Assembly (NCBI GenBank): GCA_002269645.1
Contig: NIVC01001581.1
Location: 186,001 to 250,000, forward strand
Direction of reading: 5' to 3'
Source of the DNA: Macrostomum lignano
Taxonomy: Eukaryota
DNA length: 64,000 nt
In this document: piece by piece, positions 11,624 to 25,473 of the stretch
Numbering within the stretch: the first letter of the stretch is position 1
How the letters are laid out: every line of letters starts with the position of its first letter
Translations under genes and position numbers: made by a program
The notes under the pieces: generated by a model
What the model was told of the DNA's origin: nothing
Seen by the model: the letters and a program-made list of their open reading frames with translations, nothing else
The model's database searches: none

Positions 11624-14538
11624 ATCTGCTGCATGTTGCTTGATCGATGCTGAATCTGATTGGTGATGGAACAAGGATGCTTGCTTAACTTAGCTCTTAT
11701 AAGTCTTAACGCTCTTGCTTTTGTACGTGATCAGTTTTAAGGACGAATTGGGGTGTTCTGTCTTTTAATGTTTCTTCTAGAATCGATGTTTGTTGCAAGC
11801 GACTCTTAAAAATTAGTTAAATTTAATAATAATGCATTCTTTAGATATAATTCATGTTTGCAGAAGACACATTTAGTCCGCTCAAATGTCTCATTTCACA
11901 ACAACTAATTGTTTGAAATATAAAACTTTCTGCTTTGCTTTAATTGTTATCACATTTAATTAAAATTGTCCCGCTGTTATTCGAACAAAATTCGGCGTAA
12001 AAATACTTGAAGGAACTTTTAAAGTTCATTTATTTTAACTACAATTTGCACTTCAGTTCGCTTTAAAAAGTACGTGTATACAACGTACATTTGTATTATA
12101 CAGCTAATTTGACCTTCCGTGGCGAAAATTTCGCTCTCATTGAGTGCCAAGGATTTGGATCAAAGATTTAATACTTACTTAAATGACGGAACTAAAGAGA
12201 ACTACATTAAGAGAACTGCATTAAGAACGTGTGGCAAATTACATAGACGCATCGTATCCATGAAGCCTTTCAGAATTTCCATGTGAACAACATTCTATTT
12301 TAGGTAATTTGAACTCCCGTTCACATGTTTCCGGAATATTCCCGAAACTCTAGAATTTTCTATAAAACTTATCTATAAATAAAAAGCACCTGGAACTGCG
12401 TACTGCGTACTGCCTAACTCTTCCATACAAAAAACTGTTAAACAAAATTAGTGAACCAAGAACCAAGGCCGCCTTTACGTCTCATTCATTTAAATAAGCT
12501 AGTTTAGTGCTAGGCGTCGCACTGGTGTCAGCAGTTTTCCTCGCCCTTGCCCTCCCTCGCCCTGGGTTGCTGTCTGCCGCTGGGCAGCCTCCCTCCTTTT
12601 TTTCTGCCTGTTCTCTGTCGCCCCCTCTTCTCTGCTGTGGTCTGCTTTTCGTTTCGCTCCAGTCTTGAGGCCACGTTTGTGGCCTGTTTTTCCTTTTTAC
12701 GTGAGCAAGTCACATGACAAGCCATATTTTCCTGGAGTCTAAAAGTGCAATAAACATGTTTACTGCGCTCGCTGGCCTGTGTTTACGGGGGAATCACGTA
12801 TTCCAGAACTCCGGCTTTCTCTAAGGCGGGAGATGACGTCAGTTCTAAAAATAGATACTGAGTCACGCGGTCTTCCGCACACCGGCACTTTGGCGCAATA
12901 GGTATTTCCAGTCTATACGCGTACCAGCCCTCTCACCCTGGTTTCCGTCAAGGAGTTTCAGTTTCTTAGCTTTCAGTTCTTCTGCTACCCTGTTTCGGCC
13001 GTCTGTAATTGCCTGACTGAACCAGACGCCCAAGCCTAAAGGAGGCTAAAACCGCCTTCCCAACCACCCACTGAGCCCGATGGGATCTGCTGACCAGCTG
13101 ACGCCTTGTTCGTTAGTCTTCAAATCTGCCCGCTGTGGTGAATTCGTTTGACTTGTTAATTTCGTTCCGATGAGAAGTTCACCTCATCGAAGGCCCAGAC
13201 CTGAAACAACTGATGACAGCAAACTACCTACGCTACGAGAAGGCTTACAAGAAGAGGCGCGAGACTTCAGGTAGAACTTAAGTGCCTGTAAATTTGGAAG
13301 CTAAAGCTATGTACTTCACTGGTGGCAGCGGTGGATACTGAAGACCGCTAACGAACCACCCAAGCGCAAAGCCTGCACTTCAATAGCAATATTGTTAAAA
13401 ACGTCTGTGTACTTAATTTCAAATGATAATGCATAAATGGTAGCATGTAAATTGAAAATTGGCTTATTATAACAACCAGTTAACAACTAATAACTTTGCA
13501 TTAGCACTTTGCAGTGACAACGTGACAGTCTATAAAGATAATAGCTATATCTACTTTTTTTAACATATTGTACTTGTTTCGACAGTATATACGGATTGGG
13601 TTTAAACTAGCAAATCCTATGAATTATGATATTGGCAATGCAGCTATTGAATTTTCTTAAAGAGGCAACTGGATTAAAAAATCAAGACAATAAGGCCTCG
13701 TGCCGCGCAAATTTAATCACGGATAGTGTCGAGGGAAACAGGTAGCTAGTAAGCATTTTGATTTATTATTTTAATTGGCTCAAGCTTTTGAAAAACAATT
13801 GGCACTATAGAAGGATATTAAGTCGTTGGTATGCATATGGAAATACAGTGACAGCCTAGAGGGAATGTTACCAATACTTTTTAATTTATTTAATTACGTC
13901 TTTAGGCGCTTGAAAAAAAGCAATCAAAAGCTGCTATATTCAGCTCAAATAAAAAGCAGAATACACAGCAGCTAGAAAATGAAAAAAGATTTTTCTGATT
14001 GACAAAAGAGAGTTTGCTCCATCTCAGATTATAGTGTGACACAGTAATTCACTATCGTAGTTACTCGGTATTAAGAGACGCGTAAGAACAAATAAAAGAA
14101 GAGGCAAAAGGCAAAAAGACCATACAAAAAGCCGCGTAACAGAAACAAATAAAAGTTCAAGACACAAAAATAACCACAAATACAACCGTAATAAACAAGG
14201 AGCAAATTTTCAATAACTTAAATACAATGAGACTATTTAGCAACATTTAAACAAAAACTTCAATAGACCAACAATAAAGAGATTCCAAATAAAAGGAAAC
14301 ACTACCAGCTATGCTGTGACTAAATAAAAAATTGTAAAATGAAGTCAAAGGACATCTAAGAATCGAATGAACTATTGCACTTTTGCTTGGAGATAACAAA
14401 AAAGACGGAATATTGCAAGTTTAAGTGACAATATCTCTCGCTAAGTAACTTTCTATTGACCTGCACAGCTGATGAATGACTTCTGTTTAAAAGCAAATTT
14501 GTATTTCCGCGTTTAAAATCAAACTTTTTATGCACGTT

Positions 14539-15524
14539 TTACAGCTCGGACTTTTTCCGATCGCTCTGACCAACGGTCAGACAGTTGCCAGTAAGCTGCT
14601 GCCCCTTGTTCCGGCAGAGAAAGCCTTCAAGCTTCTGTCGGCTTGTCGGGTGCTTTAGAAACTCTTCGTAAAGTTCCTCTTCACCAATTTCGCCTCGGAA
14701 TTGGTGGCACAGGTTCCGCATTCTGAGGAAGGAAAATGTTAATAAAACTCATAGCTAAGCTATACTCGTAGTTAAATCCACCTTATTCAGCAATGTTTTC
14801 CTGAGAGCGTCACGTGATCTTTCAAGAGTTTACTGTGTTCGACTATGTGAAATTTCGACTTTGCGATTTCCACGTCAACATGCGTGACAATGAGGAAGTC
14901 AGACTTGATGTACACCTGACCAAGTGTACATGCGTGACAATGAGAAAGTCAGACTTGATGTACACCTGACCAAGTGTACATGCGTGACAATGAGAAAGTC
15001 AGACTTGATGTACACCTGACCAATGACCAAGTGTACATGCGTGACAATGAGGAAGTCAGACTCGATGTACACCTGACCAAGTGTACATGCGTGACAATGA
15101 GGAAGTCAGACTCGATGTACACCTGACCAAGTGTACATGCGTGACAATTAGAAAGTCAGAACACAAAAGGGCGCCAGCACAGGAGCGCCAGCACCCAAGA
15201 GGCACCAGTGGGAGCACGAGAATTTCCCGCAGGAATTTTTCCCGCCGAGCTTTCCCCGCACGAGTTTTTCCCGCACGAGATTTTCCCGCAGCGAGTTTTT
15301 CCCGCGACGAAAATTTGCCGCAGGAGCTTTCCCCGCACGAGATTTTCCCGCAGCGAGTTTTTACCGCAGCGAGAGTTTCCAGCAGGAAATTTCCCCGTCG
15401 AGATTTTCCTGCCGAGCTTTTACCGCCGAGATTTTCCCGCACGAATTTTCCCCGCACAGACTTTTTCCAGCAGAAAGATTTTCCCGCAAGAAATTTCTCG
15501 TGATTGCCTGTTTACCTTCCTACC

Positions 15525-15563
<39 letters not shown>

Positions 15564-17111
15564 GTTTGTCTGTCTGCCTGCCTGGCTGGCTGCCTGTGTC
15601 GAATTTATCAAAGAAAATCGCGTCTCTGCGAATAGCTTTCCTCTTTATAATTTCTTTGTTAAGGTAAACAGGCAATCACGAGAAATTTCTTGCGGGAAAA
15701 TCTTTCTGCTGGAAAAAGTCTGTGCGGGGAAAATTCGTGCGGGAAAATCTCGGCGGTAAAAGCTCGGCAGGAGAATCTCGTGCGGGGAAAGCTCCTGCGG
15801 CAAATTTTCGTCGCGGGAAAAACTCGCTGCGGGAAAATCTCGTGCGGGAAAAACTCGTGCGGGGAAAGCTCGGCGGGAAAAATTCCTGCGTGAAATTCTC
15901 ATAGACCCGGCACCAGTCTGGATATGTAGATCGGACTCATTAATCTTACCTGGCAGGCATTTTTCCACCACCCTGAATGATGCCAGGCTCGTCCTGTCTC
16001 AGATTCAGGCCTGGACCAACCATTCTCAGAGAGCCGCCTACCTCCTTTACAGCATAGCTGAAAGTCCACAGTGTGAGTTAGGGAGTTTTTTATTTTGATA
16101 TTTAAAACAAACAAAAAATCAATGTGTTTTCACAGTTATGCAAACAAAAACTCACTCATCATTCTTGGCACTGCAAACTCCTTCGAAAGCGTCTAGTAAA
16201 TCTGACTCTTTTACTCTGCCCTGGGACCTGGCCTTGTATTTTTCATATAAGTTGAAGAACTTTGTGTAGATCTGCGGGGGTGTTATGAGTGAGATGAATA
16301 AGGCAATTGAATGAATTGAAAATTCATGACCTAATCAAATTGGAACTGGCAGTTAGAAGCATTTGTTATTAAACCTAAAATAATTTATTGAAGCAATTAG
16401 ATTAAGTTAACATCAAACTGAATATTCTTTATTTTAATTTAAGTATCTGACCTAGCTATCCTAAATAAACATCTGTAGTTTGTTTTTATTTGTTATTTCC
16501 TATAGTAATAAGATAGTTCAAGTTGTATAAGGAGAATAAAGGTTAAAATATGAATTTATTTCTGACTAATGTGATTCTACATACAAATAATATCTTTTAT
16601 ATTAAAAATATATTCACTATATTACAATATTTAATCTCTAAGATCCTTAATATACTATCTTTTATCTTTAAAAAATAATGATTTTAGCATGCTATAATAT
16701 CAATAATTATTAGAATATATGGAAAATGCAAGAGGCAAAATGAATTAGGCAAAAAACAAATGAAAATATCTGTCTCAAATCATAATAGATACTAATTTCG
16801 AGCTAAAATACAAAATAATTTTTTTAAACAAGTAGTGACAGCATCAGACTGGGTCTTACTTGATAAGAAACGGCTATGCAGCCATCACATTTCAAAGACT
16901 GGGGAAAGAAAAGTGACTCCTGCTCTTCTTCTGACAGTTGCGGTGTCTTGAAAGAAAATTTCTTTAGTCCGGGTGGCACATTTGTTGGGTCCATTCCCTC
17001 TGGAAGCTCATCTGGACTGACGTCACTTTCTTCCATTTCACACATGACCATGGGTGCAAATAGGACTAAGCTTATCAGAATGACTCCAAAAGAAAAATTA
17101 ATAAGTTCCAT
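14539..17111 (-). CDS. MZB1: MZB1/pERp1-like (canopy/saposin-like) ER protein, about 219 aa; exons 17111-16860, 16271-16156, 16057-15950, 14722-14539
   Basis: The spliced product has a signal peptide and reads ...TPQLSEEEQESLFFPQSLKCDGCIAVSYQ|IYTKF...LDAFEGVCSAKND D|YAVKEVGGSLRMVGPGL...GGGKMPAR|MRNLCHQFRGEIGEEELYE...LEGFLC...GNC...KKSEL*. It is colinear with MZB1 (PQLDDEE, LRCDACRAVAYQ, DYGVREV, LTGPGL, GEFGEDQIYE), has six Cys and ends in a KDEL-like motif. All junctions are GT-AG with compatible phases. Confidence 0.88.
14880..15150. repeat. 50-bp tandem repeat (about 5.5 copies) in MZB1-like intron 3
   Basis: Unit CATGCGTGACAATGAGGAAGTCAGACTTGATGTACACCTGACCAAGTGTA. Confidence 0.9.
15210..15908. 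mobile_element. Non-autonomous foldback-type (MULE/Phantom-like) element, 699 bp, with 9-bp TSD
   Basis: GGCACCAGT at 15201-15209 and 15909-15917 flanks GGG...CCC termini. The long inverted arms (about 15210-15517 and 15661-15908) are built from about 16-bp subrepeats (GAGATTTTCCCGCAC-like), around a central (CTGT)n spacer. Confidence 0.88.
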
Positions 17112-17811
17112 TGTTAGAGAAGTACGTTTCTTATAGCACAAAAAATGATGTGACTACGCAATAATTATCTAAAATGCGTTGATTGGACTTATTAAAGTTA
17201 ATTTAATAGACAATTAAAATTACAAATTGAATCCCAATGAAGGGTCATTAGAGCTGGCAAAACGCTAGTGGACAGGCTTTAGTGTTGGCAAAATTTTATG
17301 GAAAAATAAAAATATAAACATTATTTTAAGCTTTTGAAACTTTGGGTTCATTATTGTAGTCTTTAGAAGAAATTAATACAATTGTTTTGTAAAACTTTGT
17401 TTTATATTTTAGGGGATTAAAAAATGAACCCGAAAATGTACATAGATGTATATGAAGATCATGATATTACAATATTACATGTATATGATATTTTAGCTCA
17501 GCTCAGCCTCAGAGTAAATATTTGCAGCCTTTGGTATCTTGATAATTTCAGCTTTAGTACTTATTAGTCATCGAATATTTTTTCAGTCTAATGGACAACT
17601 AATATCTCCGTAAAGCAAAATACTGTACATTAATTTGTGACTGTACATGCAATTTAACATGTGTTTATTAATACGTACGATAGGCGATAGCTATTAATTA
17701 AATGTAGAGCTTAAATGTAGATTCTGACGCCTTGACTTAATGCATTTGGTTGGGTTACTAGGTAACGGGTTGCTTGATAACGGGTACGTCACAAGGGTGG
17801 AGTGAACGAGC

Positions 17812-17882
17812 ATTGGCAAATCCCCCATAGCTTTTACTGGGGGGACAAGTTCCCCCCTTCCCCCCTGGTGGCGACGCCCCTG
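17812..17882 (-). mobile_element. Terminal fragment of the hAT-like MITE family also at 63331
   Basis: The reverse complement reads CAGGGGCGTCGCCACCAGGGGG...CCCCCCAGTAAAAGCTATGGGGG, matching the left end of 63331-63724. Confidence 0.7.
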
Positions 17883-18179
17883 GTCCATCAACCAATTAAT
17901 AGTTAAGGATGTAGAAAATGCTTTAACTACACTATCTACTACATTTGTACACAATGTACGAGTACATGTACAGCTGTATACATGCACATGTAGCTACAGA
18001 AAAAACTGCACTGTACATGTACATGAATAAAATAAGGTATTTTGAATATTTTATATACATAGAAACTAACTATAAGGTCTATAAACTAAATAAAGTAAAT
18101 CCGTGTGTGGCTGTCAGAAACAGTCACCCCAAGGCTTGCAATTTGGCTGATCCACATGCAGCCTCCTTTGTTGCACTGC

Positions 18180-18420
18180 CCAAAAGCCTCTCCAGTCCTC
18201 CCACAGCCTCCCCACCCAGTCACCCCACAGCCTCTCCAATCACCTCACAGCCTCTCCAATCACCCCACAGCCTCCCCAGTTACCCCACTGCACAGTCCCC
18301 CTATCACCGAATAGCCTCTCCAATCACATAAAAGACTCTCCAATCACCTCACAGCCCCCACAAGCACCCACAGCCTCCTCAATCGATCCGACAGTCCCCC
18401 CTAAGACCGCACAGCCTCCT
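18180..18420. repeat. Degenerate tandem repeat, unit about 20 bp (CCCCACAGCCTCTCCAATCA-like)
   Basis: Direct inspection. Confidence 0.75.
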
Positions 18421-19084
18421 ATAGAATTTTGTACAGGACAACACTAAAAAACCCTTATGTATTTAACATGTATCATTCAAACTTTCATAATTAATTCAAC
18501 CAATGCAAGATGTTGCGCCTGTACATGTATCCTTAAACGATAGTTTACGCGAGAATTTATTAGCTGAAAATTTCACACGAATCATACTATAAATATAAGC
18601 TACATGTAGTTAATACTATTTATACAAACTGGTCAGTTACACAACCAATTTATTAACACACTGCAGTCTGATGAGTTTTATAGATAAAAACTCACACATT
18701 TCGCAAAAGTATAGCCATGTTAAGACATGCTGTCAGCTCCTACTTTTTGTAAACAACCCACTTCCTGTGGCAACAAACACTTCTGGCCATTTCAAAGCGG
18801 CGTTCAGTGCCGAAGCAGGAAACTCTCATTTGCCTGTATTATTCACGTTAACTGCAGCCAAGTAAAAGCCCACGCTTTAATTCTGCAATGCGGATTGGCT
18901 TGGAAGCAGGACACGAAAATTCTGAGAAGAGGTGGGCGGGCAGAAACGACTGACTTCAATCAAGTTGTCACAAAGGTGGCTAAGGATGAATATAAATTTA
19001 CTAGCCGTATAATTTTAACTTCATTCAAAAGCCGTTAAGCAAACTGAGACTAGTTTTTGTTAAGCAATTAGTAATTCACAAAAA

Positions 19085-19835
19085 ATGTCGGCCGAATTCC
19101 AAGTGGGTCTTCTTGGTTGCTTCAACGATTGCGGTAATAATCTTATTAAGTTAATTATTTTATAAGTATGATTTCTTAATCTCATTCAACTAAGCCATTC
19201 GGAAGAAGAAAGCTATACACACAGAATTTTTTGTTTAATTGCACACATTCGCGTAGATTAAGACTGGAGGCTACGATTGAGGTGGTTTAGCTGCAATGTA
19301 CGCACTCGCGCTAATAGTTAATTGCTCGCGTAGATTTAGTCCAGGGCTGTGATTGAACTGGTTTAACTGCAATGTACGCACTCGCGCTAGTCAATTGTTC
19401 GCGTAGATTAAGACTGGGGGGACTGTGATTGAAGTGGTTTAGCTGCAATGTACGCACTCGCGCTAGTCAATTGTTCGCGTAAAGTTAGGTCCGAAAGCTG
19501 GTTTGAACTGTCATGTACACTCGCGCAGACCCGTTTTTTACTTGCTCATTATAGGCCTTTGCGTCCTGACCTACTTTGTTCCTTGCTATACTTTCGGCAA
19601 GAACGCGGAAGCCGTTGGGGAGAACTGCATCCTGTGCGGCTTCGGGATCTGCTGCGGTCTAGGCTTCATTCTGGGTCCGATCGTGCGCGGAAAAATTCGC
19701 GAGAAGCAAAATATTCCTGGCAGCTTCATCACTGACTATTGCATCTGGTTTTTCTGTGCATTCTGCGCCTTGGTGCAGGAGGCTCAGGAGGTAAAAAGCT
19801 TCGGCGGATACGGCATGGCTGTCGAGAGAGAGTAA
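19085..19835 (+). CDS. PLAC8/cornifelin-family Cys-rich protein, copy A; exons 19085-19133 and 19555-19835
   Basis: MSAEFQVGLLGCFNDC G|LCVLTYFVPCYTFGKNAEAVGENCILCG...RGKIREKQNIPGSFITDYCIWFFCAFCALVQEAQEV...VERE*. Shows the PLAC8 motifs GL.GCF.D, PC..F, R.KIR and C..CAL.QE, with a GT-AG phase-1 intron. Confidence 0.92.
19240..19525. repeat. Tandem repeat, unit about 60 bp, in the PLAC8 copy A intron
   Basis: Recurring GTGGTTTAGCTGCAATGTACGCACTCGCGCTAGTCAATTGTTCGCGTAGATT. Confidence 0.8.
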
Positions 19836-20120
19836 AATGAAGCGGAAATCGTTAATAACTGCAACTAATAATATGACACACAGTTTATATTTGATTATTA
19901 TGCTACTGTTTCTATAGAAGAAGTAGTGCAGGTTGTGTTTCGCCCAAAAATGTATAAAAATTTCACAAATAAACACATCTAATAATGACACGAATCGATG
20001 CAAAAAAGCATTGAAACCGAGTTTCTCAATACTAATTAAATTACAGCGACTTTTTCAAATTTTACTTCAAATTGTGGCCATTGGGCAGCAGCTATACTCT
20101 AATTTGTAAATTAATGTACT

Positions 20121-20360
20121 CGGCGCCCACCAAGAGACAGGGGCGCCCACCAAGACACAGGGGCGCCCACCAATTCACAGGGGCGCCCACCAAGACACAG
20201 GGGCGCCCACCAAGACACAGGGGCGCCCACCAAGAGACAGGGGCGCCCACCAAGACACAGGGGCGCCCACCAAGACACAGGGGCGCCCACCAAGACACAA
20301 GGGCGCCCACCAAGACACAGGGGCGCCCACCAAGACACAGGGGCGCCCACCAAGACACAA
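20121..20360. repeat. 20-bp tandem repeat, about 12 copies
   Basis: Unit GGGCGCCCACCAAGACACAG. Confidence 0.95.
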
Positions 20361-20603
20361 GTAGAGACCGGATAGCGTCAGAGAGCAGTGTCTACTTCAC
20401 TGTCTAGTTCTATTACAAGCTATCTCTATCTGCATCAGCGGTGAAATAAGAAGTAGCTACTGATGAAAATGCACTAAGCGACTTCTTAAAAAATGATAAT
20501 AAAAGCCAGCCTCGCACACAGCCTTACCTCTGCAAATTTCACATTTTTTTTGTCCTTCAAGAAAGCGCAGAGTCTGCTTCGCTTTGGAAATTGAACCCAC
20601 CCT

Positions 20604-20651
<48 letters not shown>

Positions 20652-20978
20652 AACGGACTTGAACATAACTCTCTGCAAAATATAAGCTGTTTGGTATTAT
20701 CGCGAGTACAATACTGCAATCCAGTTTATTCAGCCTCCACAGCATACTGCACCGTCAGCTTTGTGAAACTTCGAATATTTTGAAGCATTCTGCGTTACAA
20801 TTAAAGTGTATGCCATCGTCGAAAATATATAATTGATAAAAGATAATAATGATCGTTAAACAGACTGTTTGCTAGAAGTCACACGGCGAGACTAAAAGGG
20901 ATGAAGGTCATTTTTATCAGTTGGTTACTGTACCAATTTGATGTTTTTCAGTCCGAAAATATACAAAAAAAGTTTTCT

Positions 20979-22490
<1,512 letters not shown>

Positions 22491-22781
22491 TTAAGCCCAG
22501 ATCTCTGGTTAAGATCTCCATGCCCAGTTCAATGCTGGGTCAGGCCTGAGGCGGTGTGTGCCAGCTCGATGGCACACGCCACCTCTTCATTACAGAAAGA
22601 AAGCAAAATTCTAAGCGGGGGCTTTCAGAGGCGGCCTGCATGCAGAGTCGCAGGGTTTGAGTCGGGTGGGTAAGGGAGGGAGCTGACTGAGATGGTATAA
22701 TATTCAAGCTCGGGTAGCCCAGGCGCTCAAAGCAGTTTAAAATTTCGACAGCCGTAAGTTTCTCGCATCTGTTTCGCAGAC

Positions 22782-23831
22782 ATGAATGTGCCGACAAAAG
22801 AGTTTCAGCACGGCCTGTGCGGCTGCCTGGATGACTGCTGTAAGCTCGCACATTTACCTTTAGATTACAATTACAATTAGATGTATAGATTGATGTCTAG
22901 ATACACAATTAGATATATACTCGTAGATTGGTGTCTAGACACACAGTTAGATATATAGATTGGTGTCTAGATACACAACTAGACAGATAGATGATCTAGA
23001 TATATATCGGTGTCTAGACACACAATTAGATATATAGATCCGTGTCTAGATACACAATTGGATATATATTGGTGTCTAGACACACAATTGGATATATAGA
23101 TTGGTATCTAGATACACAATTGGATATATATCGGTGTCTAGACACACAATTGGATATATAGATTGATGTCTAGATACACAATTAGATATATCGATCGGTG
23201 TCTAGATGCACAATTAGATATATAGATTGGTGTCTAGATGCACAATTATATATATAGATTGGTGTCTAGATGCACAATTGGATATATAGATTGGTGTTTA
23301 GATGCACAATTAGATATATAGATTGGTGTCTAGATGCACAATTAGATATATAGATCGGTGTCTAGATGCACAATCGGATATATAGATTGGTGTCTAGATA
23401 GATCCCCAATTACGAGTACAGGTAAATGCCTGGCTTTATGCCTAGGTGAATGTTTAGACATAGAGATAAATGCATGTAGATTTCTATTAATAGCTACATG
23501 TAGATCTAAACACATCCCTGAAGCAACTGCACCCCAATGCGGGCCCGCAGCCATCTGCATCATCACCTATTTCTGCCCCTGCTACACCTTCGGCCGCAAC
23601 GCTGAGGCTGTTGGCAGCAGCTGCTGCCTCTGCGGCCTCGGCCTCATTCTCGGCTTCGGCTGCATCATCGGGCCGATGATTCGCGGAAAAATTCGCGAGC
23701 GTCAGGGCATCGATGGCAGCTTTTGTAAGGACTGGTGCATCTGGCTCTTCTGCGGCTTCTGCGCTCTCGTGCAGGAGGCTCAGGAGGTCAAATCCTTCGC
23801 CATCAGGGCTCAAAGCATCGAGCGAGAATAA
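22782..23831 (+). CDS. PLAC8/cornifelin-family Cys-rich protein, copy B; exons 22782-22839 and 23551-23831
   Basis: MNVPTKEFQHGLCGCLDDC S|ICIITYFCPCYTFGRNAEAVGSSCCLCG...RGKIRERQGIDGSFCKDWCIWLFCGFCALVQEAQEV...IERE*. Same intron position and phase as copy A. Confidence 0.92.
22870..23500. repeat. Tandem repeat, unit about 40 bp, filling the PLAC8 copy B intron
   Basis: Unit about TCTAGATACACAATTAGATATATAGATTGGTG plus variants. Confidence 0.9.
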
Positions 23832-23916
23832 GCGGATATTTAATGAAAAAACTTCCTGCTTTATTTTAATTAAAAAGTTTTTATTAAATTTAAATTCGCG
23901 CTAAAATGATGATCTA

Positions 23917-24183
23917 GCAGGTTTTACCGAAAAAATACTTGGTACATTACAGAGATAGGAGGTTTTCATTTTATCAGCACAAGGATTGTTATTGCTTTTG
24001 ATAAGAGGCAGACCCAATGTTCATCTTTTAATATATCTTGCCTTTCTTATATGTTTGCCTGCTATCAAAAGCAATAACAATTTTTGTGCTGATAAAATGA
24101 AAACCTCCTATGTATTTTCGGTAAAAGCTGCCTAATAATATTTTCTCCAAGAAACCTAGCTTCCGTCCTACTTGAGTAGTCCT
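23917..24183. mobile_element. Palindromic MITE-like element; related copy at about 39518-39670
   Basis: Arm GCAGGTTTTACCGAAAA...ATAGGAGGTTTTCATTTTATCAGCACAA..ATTGTTATTGCTTTTGATA has its reverse complement at 24057-24132. AAGGACTACTCAAGTAG and GAGGC.GACCCAATGTT..CATCTTTT are shared with the 39.5-kb copy. Confidence 0.65.
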
Positions 24184-24847
24184 TGGATCTCAGCCAGCTA
24201 AACTATAGTTTAAAGTCGTGTTTAGCTAGAGAACGTCGTTAGTTTGCGCGAATTCAAACTATAAATCATTAATATGTTTACTCGAAAGCCTTTTATTAAG
24301 TGACCAACTTTATTTCACCCAATACTGTACGTCTAATTTTTATAGCAAGTTCATGCATTATTATTAAAATAATAATTGTTACAATATTACTTGTTAAAAT
24401 ACTGAGGATAGCGACTGTTTTAGGTCGAAATGTATAGTAATCAAAAGTGTGATTTTTAGCCATTTTTATATTTCAATCAATATCCAATTATTAATCTCAA
24501 TTTTAAATGATAAATGCTTGTTTAAAAAGCACCTGTTGTAGCTGTTCGTTTTCTTGAACTAAAGGTGTTTTGCCATCAGTAATGGACACATTATATAGGC
24601 TATACCTTATTGCAAAAGTTTGTTTCATACCTGTCCTTGAGAGGCAAATAACACCATTTTTGGTTCTATAATAATGCTTTTCAATGCTCAATCTTTTATC
24701 GGCTGACTGTCAGGGGGGGACAAATTTAATGATCAATTATAGCTATATCAGTATCAATTAGGTCGACTACCTTTCGTCAAATTCGTCTCTATCAGTTAAA
24801 TGATCCTAATTAAATACACCCATGCCAATACATCCATAAATGGTCTT

Positions 24848-25240
24848 ACACCCGTGTCTATCAGGTGAATGGTCCTAATTACACCCGTGTCTATCAGGTG
24901 AATGGTCATAATTACACCCGTGTCTATCAGGTGAATGGTCATAATTACACCCGTGTCTATCAGGTGAATAGTCATAATTACACCCGTGTCTATCAGGTGA
25001 ATGGTCATAATTACACCCGTGTCTATCAGGTGAATGGTCCTAATTACACCCGTGTCTATCAGGTGAATGGTCATAATTACACCCTTGTCTATCAGGTGAA
25101 TGTTCCTAATTAAACCCGTGTCTATCAGGTAAATGGTCCTAATTACACCCGTGTCTATCAGGTGAATGGTCATAATTACACCCGTGTCTATCAGGTGAAT
25201 GTTCATAATTACACCCGTGTCTATCAGGTGAATGGTCATG
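24848..25240. repeat. 33-bp tandem repeat, about 12 copies
   Basis: Unit ACACCCGTGTCTATCAGGTGAATGGTCATAATT. Confidence 0.95.
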
Positions 25241-25473
25241 TGAAGTCATGTCACATGAATCATGTGAAAGGACTTTAATTTAAACTGCGTTTAGCACAGG
25301 AGAATGTAATTAAATCCAAAAACCTTTTGAACCAAGAAAAACAGAAAATTTACCTGAGATAGCATCATAGCACCTTTGAACTACTTGACTGCATTAAACA
25401 ACAAACGAGTGCAGTTGGCCATTTTATCCCCAAATCCTCTTTAATTAGTGTCGTCAAAACTCCATTGGCTGAG

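Noticed and set aside
12480-13330. Possible LTR or retroelement 5' region (GC-richer intergenic block)
   Set aside because: No second LTR, PBS, TSD or recognisable protein motif could be identified.
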